Source: Oligoflexales bacterium
GTDB taxonomy: Bacteria > Bdellovibrionota_B > Oligoflexia > Oligoflexales > Bog-1112
Reading direction: 5' to 3'
DNA length: 25,434 bases
NCBI GenBank assembly: GCA_045105515.1
Contig: JBGCDR010000391.1
Span: 1-25,434, forward strand
Shown here: piece after piece, positions 1-8,038 of the stretch
Layout: every line of letters starts with the position of its first letter
Numbering within the stretch: the first letter of the stretch is position 1
Translations under genes and position numbers: made by a program
Notes under the pieces: generated by a model
The model's database searches: none
Told to the model about the DNA's origin: nothing
What the model saw: the letters and a program-made list of their open reading frames with translations, nothing else

Positions 1-489
1 CGCGCATGGGCACCCCCAAGATCTTTTGATTTTCCGACAATTATAGCCTTTTTAGAGAAACTGGGGAAATTCGCTAAAGATTATAGTGCTCTAAGCCTTA
101 CATACAAAGGCGGCGGTGTGTTTCCAATCAGGCACTAGGTATAACAATCAATTTTCTTATCTCAACACATCAGGCACTCTTCTTATGGTCTAATCCCATC
201 CTCCTAGAGGGCTTCTTTAGAAGCCTAGCGAAGTTCATTATTTCCATATTTCCATAAAATTCTTTTAAAACTACTCCTCTTATTCAGAGATATTCTATTA
301 AAAAGAAAGGGAATTAGATCCTGTAAAAGAGGACTCATAAGTTCAAAAAATCTATAATGAATTGAAATAATTATGATATATTTTTTTTTATTTTGATCAT
401 AAAAAAAAGTTAACATTAGAAGAAGTGTTTACCGATCCTATATAGACAAAATGTTGAACGATATATCTAGAGGGTTGAGGTAATAATCT

Positions 490-1629
490 ATGGATAGAAG
501 AATCTTTATGAAATACGGGTGCTTAACTCCTGGCTTGTTTGGTATGCTAGCTTCTTGTGGTGAAAAGCCTGAATACGAGCCGTTAAAGGTTACAACTCTT
601 GATGCGAATAGAGAAGATTCTGAAACTATATATACAGCTGCAGCTCATCCTGAAGAATTAACTGGAAAAGCCGGTGGACACTTGCCGCAGATAACTCTTG
701 TTGAAAATCAGATACAAGTCGAGACGCCACATCCGATGGAGGAGGAACATTATATTGCCAGGCATCAAATTATAGCAGAGAACGGAGAGGTTATCGCAGA
801 TCGGATATTTAAAATAGGAGTAGATTCTGAAGCCAAAAGTCTGTTTAGACCTCTAATGCCTTCTGGTGACACAGTTTCTGCTCTGTCGACATGCAATCTT
901 CATGGTATTTGGAAAGCAGATTATTCAATTGCTGATCTTTTGAATGGATTTGAAGATACCACAATTTATACCCAAGAGTCACCTGGTCGTTGGGCAGGTA
1001 AAGAAGCTGGTCACCTGCCAAATGTAAGCATGGAAGGAAGCATTTTACTTGTAACAACTGAACATGCTATGACAGAGGAACATTATATTTCCAAGCATCA
1101 AGTTATTGATGAGCTAGGGACCGTATTAAATGAAAAACTATTTAATCCAGCTGAAGACACAGACGCTACTAGTAGATTTAGAGTAGAGCGGCCAGCGGTA
1201 GGTTCGAATTTTATAGTATTGTCCCATTGTAACCTTCACGGTATTTGGCAAAAAGAATTTGCTTTTACGGATTTTAATCCTGCTTTTATTGAAAACAGAA
1301 TATACACACAAGATGATCCGGGACAATGGGCAGGTAAAGAAGCTGGTCATATTCCCACTATTACAAGAGTTGGACTGGATGTTACTATTACGACTAATCA
1401 TGCAATTGGAGCTGAGCATTATATAGCAAAGCACACATTAGCAGATGAAGCTGGTCAAACTCTAACTGAGTTTGAATTCGATCCAGCTAATGCTGCAGAT
1501 TCAGCGATTAGTACTCACACTTTACTGAACCCATTACCTGCTTCAGGTCTTTTGAAAGTTTATGCATTATGCAATCTTCATGGACTTTGGCAGAGGATCG
1601 TTTCAATCGCAGATATTCCCGAAGCCTAG
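490..1629 (+). CDS. Tat-signal lipoprotein with three tandem superoxide reductase (desulfoferrodoxin/neelaredoxin ferrous-iron-binding) domains
   Basis: N-terminal DRRIFMK twin-arginine motif and lipobox LASC (Cys23). Three ~112-aa repeats, each with H-x-P...H-x5-HYI...CNLHG(I/L)W (ligands H64/H81/H87/C135/H138; H175/H192/H198/C247/H250; H287/H304/H310/C361/H364). GAGG RBS upstream. Confidence 0.85.
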   Translation: MDRRIFMKYGCLTPGLFGMLASCGEKPEYEPLKVTTLDANREDSETIYTAAAHPEELTGKAGGHLPQITLVENQIQVETPHPMEEEHYIARHQIIAENGEVIADRIFKIGVDSEAKSLFRPLMPSGDTVSALSTCNLHGIWKADYSIADLLNGFEDTTIYTQESPGRWAGKEAGHLPNVSMEGSILLVTTEHAMTEEHYISKHQVIDELGTVLNEKLFNPAEDTDATSRFRVERPAVGSNFIVLSHCNLHGIWQKEFAFTDFNPAFIENRIYTQDDPGQWAGKEAGHIPTITRVGLDVTITTNHAIGAEHYIAKHTLADEAGQTLTEFEFDPANAADSAISTHTLLNPLPASGLLKVYALCNLHGLWQRIVSIADIPEA

Positions 1630-1638
1630 CAGTGTACC

Positions 1639-3066
1639 TCATTTGAACTGAAAATTTAGATCTTCTAAGTTATCAGTCCAAATTCCTTGTAAAGAAGAAG
1701 TAAAATATCCGTCTTCTGGATAGGCTGAAAACAACTTCAGAGCATCTGCTACAGCAAAGAAAGAACCACAAATTGCATAGTTATTGTATTGATTTAATTT
1801 TTTACCCTCCATCCATGCGGACTTCAAATCGGCAAAGACAGAAAATGATTCATTAACAAAGTGACCCTTGCTAGAATCCAAATTAGTTCTTTCTGAGCGA
1901 ACCTTAAAAAAGTAGATGGGTTCCAAAACCTCCCTTAAAATATTTAGAATTTGCACTATATCCTTGTCATTCAAAATTGACACAAATCCTGGGATTTTGT
2001 CAGTGTGTTCTCTTTTTTTAAAAGTTGCAACAAACTCCCTAGCTGCTGCTGGATTGTGGCAAACGTCTAAAAAAATATTGAATGAGTCTCCAATATGTTT
2101 ATTGACTTTAAGTTCTTGGAAACGACCTACTAAAGATGGTGGCCAGGGTAGATCCGGAGATGAAAAGCAAGCTATAGGGTTAATCTCTCTTAATGGGCTT
2201 AAAACTTTAGTTTCCTGTTTTATAAAAGAATAAACTCCATATGCTAAAGCAAAATTCTGTTTGATTACATCTGAAGAATTTTGCACCCAAATTGGAATCT
2301 TGGTTTTGTTTGAGCTTTCACCAAATTTTGTCCAAGCTTTTTGGGATTTAAGATCTAGGCCAAAGTGCATATTTCTAGTATATATCGGCATTCCTAACTT
2401 TTTTTGAGTTTCGGAGAGAGTGTTAAGTAAGCCCTTTTCCTCAGTTTGTTGCTCCCCCCAAAAAAGTGGAACTTCCTTACGGCATATACCTAGTTTTTCT
2501 TCTGCAATATCAGTTAATGTAGATCCTAGCCATTCGGTGTGATCAAGGTCAATTGAACAAACCACACTTATCGATGGGTTTACAATATTGGTTGAGTCGA
2601 GGCGCCCACCAAGGCCCACTTCCAAAATGTTAACTGTACAAGCTCTCTCATTAAAAATTTTTAGTGCTAAGAGCGTTGAGACTTCAAAAAAAGAGAGTTC
2701 AGCATAAAGATTTTCTTCCAAGCTTTCCCTTAATTCGTTAAGGCTTCTTTTTAAGTCTGATTGCCGGATTGGTTCATGGGTGCATTGGAACCTTTCTTGA
2801 AATAAGCAAAGGTGTGGTGATGTAAATAAGCCTGCTTTTACACCGTGAGCCGCCAGAAGGTGCCATAGGAATCCTGCCGTACTCCCTTTGCCGTTGGTTC
2901 CACCAATTAATATGTTTAGCTGAGGATAGTGGTTCATTCCTAGCTTTGACCAAGCAGGTCTTATTCGTTCCAGTCCTGGCTTTATCGTTTCAGGACGTTT
3001 GGAAAATAAGTTCACGAATTCTTCATCTTCAATAAAATCAATGGTGTGAGCAGTACCCATAGGCAT
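1639..3066 (-). CDS. folC: Bifunctional dihydrofolate synthase/folylpolyglutamate synthase
   Basis: GGTNGKGST P-loop, FTSPHL, EVGLGGRLDSTN, DxxHNP and GSFF motifs; follows accD as is common. The start may be the second ATG (3060) given AGGAG spacing. Confidence 0.95.
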   Translation of the reverse strand: MPMGTAHTIDFIEDEEFVNLFSKRPETIKPGLERIRPAWSKLGMNHYPQLNILIGGTNGKGSTAGFLWHLLAAHGVKAGLFTSPHLCLFQERFQCTHEPIRQSDLKRSLNELRESLEENLYAELSFFEVSTLLALKIFNERACTVNILEVGLGGRLDSTNIVNPSISVVCSIDLDHTEWLGSTLTDIAEEKLGICRKEVPLFWGEQQTEEKGLLNTLSETQKKLGMPIYTRNMHFGLDLKSQKAWTKFGESSNKTKIPIWVQNSSDVIKQNFALAYGVYSFIKQETKVLSPLREINPIACFSSPDLPWPPSLVGRFQELKVNKHIGDSFNIFLDVCHNPAAAREFVATFKKREHTDKIPGFVSILNDKDIVQILNILREVLEPIYFFKVRSERTNLDSSKGHFVNESFSVFADLKSAWMEGKKLNQYNNYAICGSFFAVADALKLFSAYPEDGYFTSSLQGIWTDNLEDLNFQFK

Positions 3067-3099
3067 GTACTCCTAAAGATCTTGGTTGTAAAAATGGTT

Positions 3100-3942
3100 T
3101 TAAGCGGGCAGTAGGATATTTAATATTTGAGCAATCTTGTCTCTCAAGTTCTCTCTATGACATATAAGATCTAACATGCCGTGTTCGAGAAGGTATTCAG
3201 AAGTCTGAAATCCTTCTGGTAGGCTTTGCCCGATTGTTTGCTGTATGACCCTCGGACCTGCGAATCCGATTAGGGCTCCAGGTTCACCGATATTTATATC
3301 CCCGAGCATCGCATAACTGGCAGCAACGCCCCCCGTGGTCGGGTTGGTCATCACAGATATCATCGGAATCCCTACCTCGCGTAAACGTGATAAAGCAGCG
3401 CAAGTTTTTGCCATTTGCATTAGGCTCAGGATCCCTTCTTGCATCCTGGCCCCACCAGAAGAAGAAAATATTATAGCTGGCTGACGTTTTTCTCTAGCTC
3501 TTGCTAGTAGTCTTGCAATTTTTTCTCCCACTACGGAACCCATGCTTCCTCCCATGAACCGAAAATCATAGGCTCCTAGTTGAACAGGCCTACTATGTAG
3601 TTGGCCTTCACCGCAGATAATGGCATCAAAGTGAGAGGTCTTGTCATATGCGTCTTCAAGGCGGTCGGAATAGGCTTTTTTATCTGAAAATTCGAGAGGG
3701 TCAGTGGAGCGAATATTTATATCTAATTCCTTGAAAGAGTCTGCATCCAGAAAGTGGCGAATCCTCATATGTGCTGGTATGGGATTATGGTGCTTGCAAT
3801 TGATGCAAACGAATTGGTTTGCTTCAAAATCTCTGCGATAGATGATCTGGTTGCAAGATTTACACTTGTGCCACAAGCCATCAGGAGTGTCTCTACGGAT
3901 GCTTTTTACGAGCGGCGCTTTGTTTATATTTGACCAGGCCAC
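3100..3942 (-). CDS. accD: Acetyl-CoA carboxylase carboxyltransferase beta subunit
   Basis: WHKCKSC...CINC zinc ribbon, FMGGSMGSVVGEK, SGGARMQEG, PTTGGVAAS, GFAGPRVI; GTG start with GAGGT RBS. Confidence 0.97.
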   Translation of the reverse strand: MAWSNINKAPLVKSIRRDTPDGLWHKCKSCNQIIYRRDFEANQFVCINCKHHNPIPAHMRIRHFLDADSFKELDINIRSTDPLEFSDKKAYSDRLEDAYDKTSHFDAIICGEGQLHSRPVQLGAYDFRFMGGSMGSVVGEKIARLLARAREKRQPAIIFSSSGGARMQEGILSLMQMAKTCAALSRLREVGIPMISVMTNPTTGGVAASYAMLGDINIGEPGALIGFAGPRVIQQTIGQSLPEGFQTSEYLLEHGMLDLICHRENLRDKIAQILNILLPA

Positions 3943-4121
3943 TAATACCTCACATATCTACTAGTTTGCTTTTGTTGATACTTCCGATAAAATCACAATT
4001 GGATTTTGCTCATATCTGATACATTCAACATGTGAAAAGACGCTAGCAAACCTGCCACATTTGGTCAATCTCCTAAAAAAAACCATGTATGTTTATGCTC
4101 TTCTGCGGCCATAGATAGTCA

Positions 4122-4149
4122 TTGCACTCAGCCATGTTCTTGTTATAAT
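4122..4149 (+). promoter_or_regulatory. Sigma-70 promoter with extended -10
   Basis: TTGCAC (4122-4127), 16-nt spacer, TG at 4141-4142 and TATAAT (4144-4149). Predicted start near 4155-4156, at the 5' edge of the hairpin. Confidence 0.65.
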
Positions 4150-4155
4150 AAAGAA

Positions 4156-4280
4156 AATTCTCAAGTAGTGATATTGCAAATTTGGCGACGGTGTTGGCTT
4201 ACAAAGGCTAATCCTGGCGATCGTCCCGTAGTTTTTGTGAAATCTGTATAGACATGATGTCTTCTGGTTTCTTGAGAATT
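4156..4280 (+). ncRNA. Putative structured RNA (long interrupted hairpin): 5' leader or independent small RNA
   Basis: AATTCTCAAG (4156-4165) pairs perfectly with CTTGAGAATT (4271-4280). Nested stems GATATT/GATGTC, GCAAATTT/AAATCTGT, GACGGT/ATCGTC and TTGGCTT-ACAA-AGGCTAA. Confidence 0.5.
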
Positions 4281-4318
4281 CATTTCCTGAAATCTCTAGC
4301 CATCATGTGAGGAGTCTA

Positions 4319-4687
4319 ATGACTTGTAAGAGGTGTCCCCATCATGTCCGTCATGGGAAGATCGAAGCAGATGGAAAAACCATTGCGTTCTCTGAGCTCT
4401 GTGGGCTTAAGATGAAGCAGATGCAAGACAATGAATGCGTAGGCAAGAAAGTGAGAGGTCGTGGAAGGCCTACTGCTGAGGTCGTAAAACGCAAACCCTT
4501 ACCAAATGGCATCACTTCTGACTGTATTCACCATCCATTTCCAGAACAATTTGACTATTTCCACTGTGAAGTTTACCAAGATACCTTTGAAAGCAAAGGA
4601 ATGAAAAATGGAGTAGTTCCAACCAAAGACTTCCAATACTCGGAAAGGCTTGCTGGTTTAGCAGTCACTGATATGGAGCTACTTTGA
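4319..4687 (+). CDS. Cys/His-rich hypothetical protein (possible Zn-binding) with an AT-hook-like RGRGRP motif
   Basis: GAGGAG RBS before ATG 4319 (the track's GTG at 4307 overlaps this RBS). CKRC...C...C...CIHH...HC pattern; basic segment KKVRGRGRPTAEVVKRK. Confidence 0.75.
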   Translation: MTCKRCPHHVRHGKIEADGKTIAFSELCGLKMKQMQDNECVGKKVRGRGRPTAEVVKRKPLPNGITSDCIHHPFPEQFDYFHCEVYQDTFESKGMKNGVVPTKDFQYSERLAGLAVTDMELL

Positions 4688-4736
4688 CCATTCCTCAAAG
4701 ACTTTAGCAGAAAAAGTTGGCTAGCTAAAAGCTTCA

Positions 4737-4763
4737 GAACAGCCCATCTTTTTTGGGCTGTTC
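4737..4763. terminator. Probable bidirectional intrinsic terminator
   Basis: Perfect 10-bp stem GAACAGCCCA / TGGGCTGTTC with a 7-nt loop, between the convergent 4319-4687 gene and secDF. Confidence 0.7.
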
Positions 4764-4807
4764 CTCTTGCTGATTGTTGAAGTTCTCAAATCATTTAAGT
4801 AAAAAGT

Positions 4808-7522
4808 TTAAGCATTTGCTTTCTTGGCAACCGCTTTTGGTTTGTTCTTTTTCCAAGCCTCAAACCAGAGCACAAATGAGCTTGCAATGAAGATGGAGGA
4901 AAGGGTGGCTACCACAACTCCGATCGTCATTGACATTGCAAAGGTCCAAATTTGACCAGAAGCAAAGACGAGGATCCCAGTAAGAGAAATTACCGTTGTC
5001 AATGAGGTATTGATCGATCGAGCTAGTGATTCATTAATAGAAATATTGATATTGTCTCGTAAATTTCGTCGCGGATGGGCGAGGAGATTTTCACGTATAC
5101 GGTCGTAGATCACAATGGTGTCATTTACCGAATACCCAACTACGGTTAAGAATGCTGCTACTGCTACTAAGTCAAATGATGCCCAAAAGAAGACATAAAA
5201 TCCAAGCATTACAAAAATATCCAAGAACATTTTTATGAGTGCTCCAGGGCTAAAGCGCATGTCAAAGCGGAATGCGATATAAAGGATTACAGCAAGAATA
5301 GCATAGAGCACTGATACCATTCCCTGTGTTCGTAATTCTTTCCCGATTTGTGGTCCTACAAAATCCACTTGGAGAACCTCAGGATTCTTGGCTGCTAGGT
5401 CTTTGAAGAGTGCATTTTTAAATGCCACAAATACATCTGATGCAGATGCTTTAAGCCCATCGGCATCTTCGCGGCTCTCATCATATCGCAGGAGGTACTG
5501 CTTTTTGCCGCCTTCTAGTGCCTGGAGCATCAGCCCTTCTACCTTAGCTTTGCTGCCAATCGCATTGATCTCTCCTGGTTCAACATCTTCACTGAAGCGT
5601 ACCAGAACCTCGGTACCTCCGGAAAAATCCACACCAAAATTCATGCCTTTGAAGAAACCAGTCCCTAGCACGGCGACGCTAATAACGGCAGCTAGTAAGG
5701 TGGAAGCCGTCCCGACTTTTAAGAAGTCGAAGTTATAATTTTTGGCCCGCATGGCTTTTTCACCACCTAGCCAGAACTTTACGCGTTTGTCCGCAACCCA
5801 CGAAAGAGCGAGGTCGAAAAAGACTTTTGAGCAGTATAGAGATGTGAAAAGTGAGACCAGGAGGCCAATCATTAACGTGACTGCAAATCCGCGTATTGGG
5901 CCAGAGCCATTGGTTTCAAGTAAAACTAAAGCTGCAATTAAGGTGGTGACATTAGCATCGATTATGGTCCAAAAAACCTTCTGAAATCCACTGTCTACAG
6001 CCTTGCGTGGATGCTTTCCTTCCCTTATTTCCTGGCGAATCCGCTCATTTATGAGGACATTAGCATCGACAGCCATCCCCAGAGTTAAGACAAAGCCGGC
6101 AATGCCCGGAAGTGTCAGTGAGAAGCCAAATCCTGCCATAACTGCAAGAAGTAAAACCGCGTTTAGTACCAAAGCTGAGCATGCGACAATCCCTGGGCGG
6201 CGGTAATAAATCAACATAAAGACTAAAACTAAACCCAAGCCCACCAAGATTCCTTTGATCCCTTGGTTAGCGAGTTCAGGGCCCAAGGATGCTCCAACTT
6301 GCCGTTCTTCAAGCACGGTGATCGTTGCAGGTACGGCACCCGATTTTAGCACTAGTGCGAGCTCTTGCCCTTCGTCGATCTTTTCCTGGAATCCACGGTT
6401 TCCACCCAAGCTAATGGTTGCTTGGCCTCCGGAAATTTTCTCATTAATTACAGGCGCGGACTCGATTACATCATCGAGAACAATTGCCATGCGCTTCTTA
6501 ATATTTTTACCAGTTGTTTGGGCGAATTGCCGCCCTCCTGGTCCAGTAAGCTTTAGAGAAACAACGGGATCACGGCTGAGAGATGCCCCTTGAACGACAT
6601 TAGCATCTTGGATATCATCGCCTGTCATATCAGTGGCAGCAAAAAGGACATAGGAAGTCCAGCGGTAACGTCCTGTAGTGCCATCACCCAACTGCTCGCG
6701 CGAGAAGAAAAGCTCGCGATCTATAGGGACATGCTTACTCAAAAAGCTCGTTAAGTCTTCTCGGTTTTCGGATGAGAAGGCGATTTGCCCCCCATTGTTG
6801 GTGCTTGAAATGCCTTCCGGAAGCTTCTGGCTGTTTATGTCCGCAAATCCACTAAACTCATCATCCACGATCTTAAATTTTAGCTGTGCTGTTCGGCCCA
6901 GCAGCTCTTTAGCTTTTTGGGGGTCACGGAATCCGGGAAGCTGAACAAGGATTGAACCATCTCCGCGGCGGTTAATCATTGGTTCAGCGACACCCCATTG
7001 ATCAACCCGGTTACGAACAACTTTCTCAGCTTGTTCCAAGGCACTTTTGGTAATCCTGTCAAGTTCTGTGTCCTTGTAGGAGTAAAATAAAGTGCGTTCT
7101 TCTCGATCAACAAGGTTTAAGTGAGGGTATTCTTTTTTAAAATCAGACTTAAAACGATCTAGGTCATCGTCTTTAGCTACTACGACCGTTAAGGTTTGTT
7201 TACCTTTCGGAACATAGGCAGTTTCAATTTCAATGTCTTGTTCTTGAGCCCACCTCTTTAACTCAACTCCAGTTCTGTTGAGCCTATTTTCAATGGCACC
7301 ATCAGTTTTGACTCCTAGGACCAGCTGAACACCACCTTGCAAGTCTAGGCCAAGTTTAATATGGCTCTGAGGTAACCAAGACGGCACGCGCTTCAAAAAA
7401 GCTTCATCATCATTTCTAATTTCTGCAGGTTGTGAAAAATAGATTATGGTAGGTGCAATACCATAAACTGCAAACAAAGTTAATATTGTTACAAATGTAA
7501 TTCGCCACCTTAACGGTTTCAT
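4808..7522 (-). CDS. secDF: Protein translocase subunit SecDF (fused SecD-SecF)
   Basis: SecD motifs LGLDLQGG, RVDQWGVAEP, VGASLG, GMAVDANVLINERIRQE; SecF motifs GVDFSGG, VGPQIGKEL, GYSVNDTIVIYDRIRE; GAGGA RBS. Confidence 0.97.
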   Translation of the reverse strand: MKPLRWRITFVTILTLFAVYGIAPTIIYFSQPAEIRNDDEAFLKRVPSWLPQSHIKLGLDLQGGVQLVLGVKTDGAIENRLNRTGVELKRWAQEQDIEIETAYVPKGKQTLTVVVAKDDDLDRFKSDFKKEYPHLNLVDREERTLFYSYKDTELDRITKSALEQAEKVVRNRVDQWGVAEPMINRRGDGSILVQLPGFRDPQKAKELLGRTAQLKFKIVDDEFSGFADINSQKLPEGISSTNNGGQIAFSSENREDLTSFLSKHVPIDRELFFSREQLGDGTTGRYRWTSYVLFAATDMTGDDIQDANVVQGASLSRDPVVSLKLTGPGGRQFAQTTGKNIKKRMAIVLDDVIESAPVINEKISGGQATISLGGNRGFQEKIDEGQELALVLKSGAVPATITVLEERQVGASLGPELANQGIKGILVGLGLVLVFMLIYYRRPGIVACSALVLNAVLLLAVMAGFGFSLTLPGIAGFVLTLGMAVDANVLINERIRQEIREGKHPRKAVDSGFQKVFWTIIDANVTTLIAALVLLETNGSGPIRGFAVTLMIGLLVSLFTSLYCSKVFFDLALSWVADKRVKFWLGGEKAMRAKNYNFDFLKVGTASTLLAAVISVAVLGTGFFKGMNFGVDFSGGTEVLVRFSEDVEPGEINAIGSKAKVEGLMLQALEGGKKQYLLRYDESREDADGLKASASDVFVAFKNALFKDLAAKNPEVLQVDFVGPQIGKELRTQGMVSVLYAILAVILYIAFRFDMRFSPGALIKMFLDIFVMLGFYVFFWASFDLVAVAAFLTVVGYSVNDTIVIYDRIRENLLAHPRRNLRDNINISINESLARSINTSLTTVISLTGILVFASGQIWTFAMSMTIGVVVATLSSIFIASSFVLWFEAWKKNKPKAVAKKANA

Positions 7523-8038
7523 GGAATTTGCTTCCTCAGGAAAAGATTAAAAAACAGTCAACCCCAATGAATACAATGATAAACAGATTTATGCAGCAAC
7601 AATTTAACTCCCATCATGAATGCAGCCGCATGCTTGTCCCACAAAAAGGCAATGAATTTTGCCAAAATACCACTCTTACTCTGGGTTGAGTGTATGATTT
7701 TGGACAAACAAAACCCGATAAGGGCGGAAACAGCCCATTGGTGGTTTTTAAGGTATCTGAAGCCTTGATGACAAGAGATAAATTTAGTTTTTAGGGGCGG
7801 ATATATTTTGTTTTTATCTTGAAACTGATATGCTTCACATTCTAGCTCCTACGGTTTTGATGATTCTTTTCTACTGTTGCTCTTAAACAGGAAATCTATG
7901 AGCTTAATTCTGCAGGTTTCATAATTGTACTGGGCCTTGCTCTATTTTTAGAAATTTGTTGTTTAGAATTGAATGATCGTGTCTCAATGCAGGCTAATGA
8001 TTATTCGCTAATAGTTCCCAGTCAGAATGGAGGATCGA

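Noticed and set aside
1..138. Open + frame RAWAPPRS...FPIRH* at the window start
   Set aside because: No recognisable motif. It could be a gene end, or equally the upstream region of a minus-strand gene starting near position 7; this cannot be decided from the window.
127..178. Direct repeat as a CRISPR remnant
   Set aside because: Only two 10-bp copies and no cas genes in the window.
225..416. 63-aa minus-strand ORF
   Set aside because: Low-complexity product of AT-rich promoter DNA with no RBS or motif.
3983..3990. TCCGATAA sigma-28 -10-like box (also CCCGATAA at 7714-7721)
   Set aside because: No TAAA/TCAA -35 element at the right spacing, and far from a co-oriented start codon.
4156..4280. 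Identification of the hairpin as 6S RNA or SRP RNA
   Set aside because: About 125 nt is short for 6S, and the SRP domain IV GGAA/AGCAG motif is absent. Kept only as an unassigned structure.
5388..6944. Series of + strand ORFs within secDF
   Set aside because: Antisense shadows of a well-supported gene. The same applies to the overlapping ORFs inside the SOR, folC, opp, LRR, methyltransferase, ald, MBL, beta-barrel, lysC and polyQ genes.
7558..7848. ~97-codon stop-free frame on the minus strand upstream of secDF as a stand-alone gene (e.g. yajC)
   Set aside because: No start codon with an RBS near its 5' end and no resemblance to YajC.
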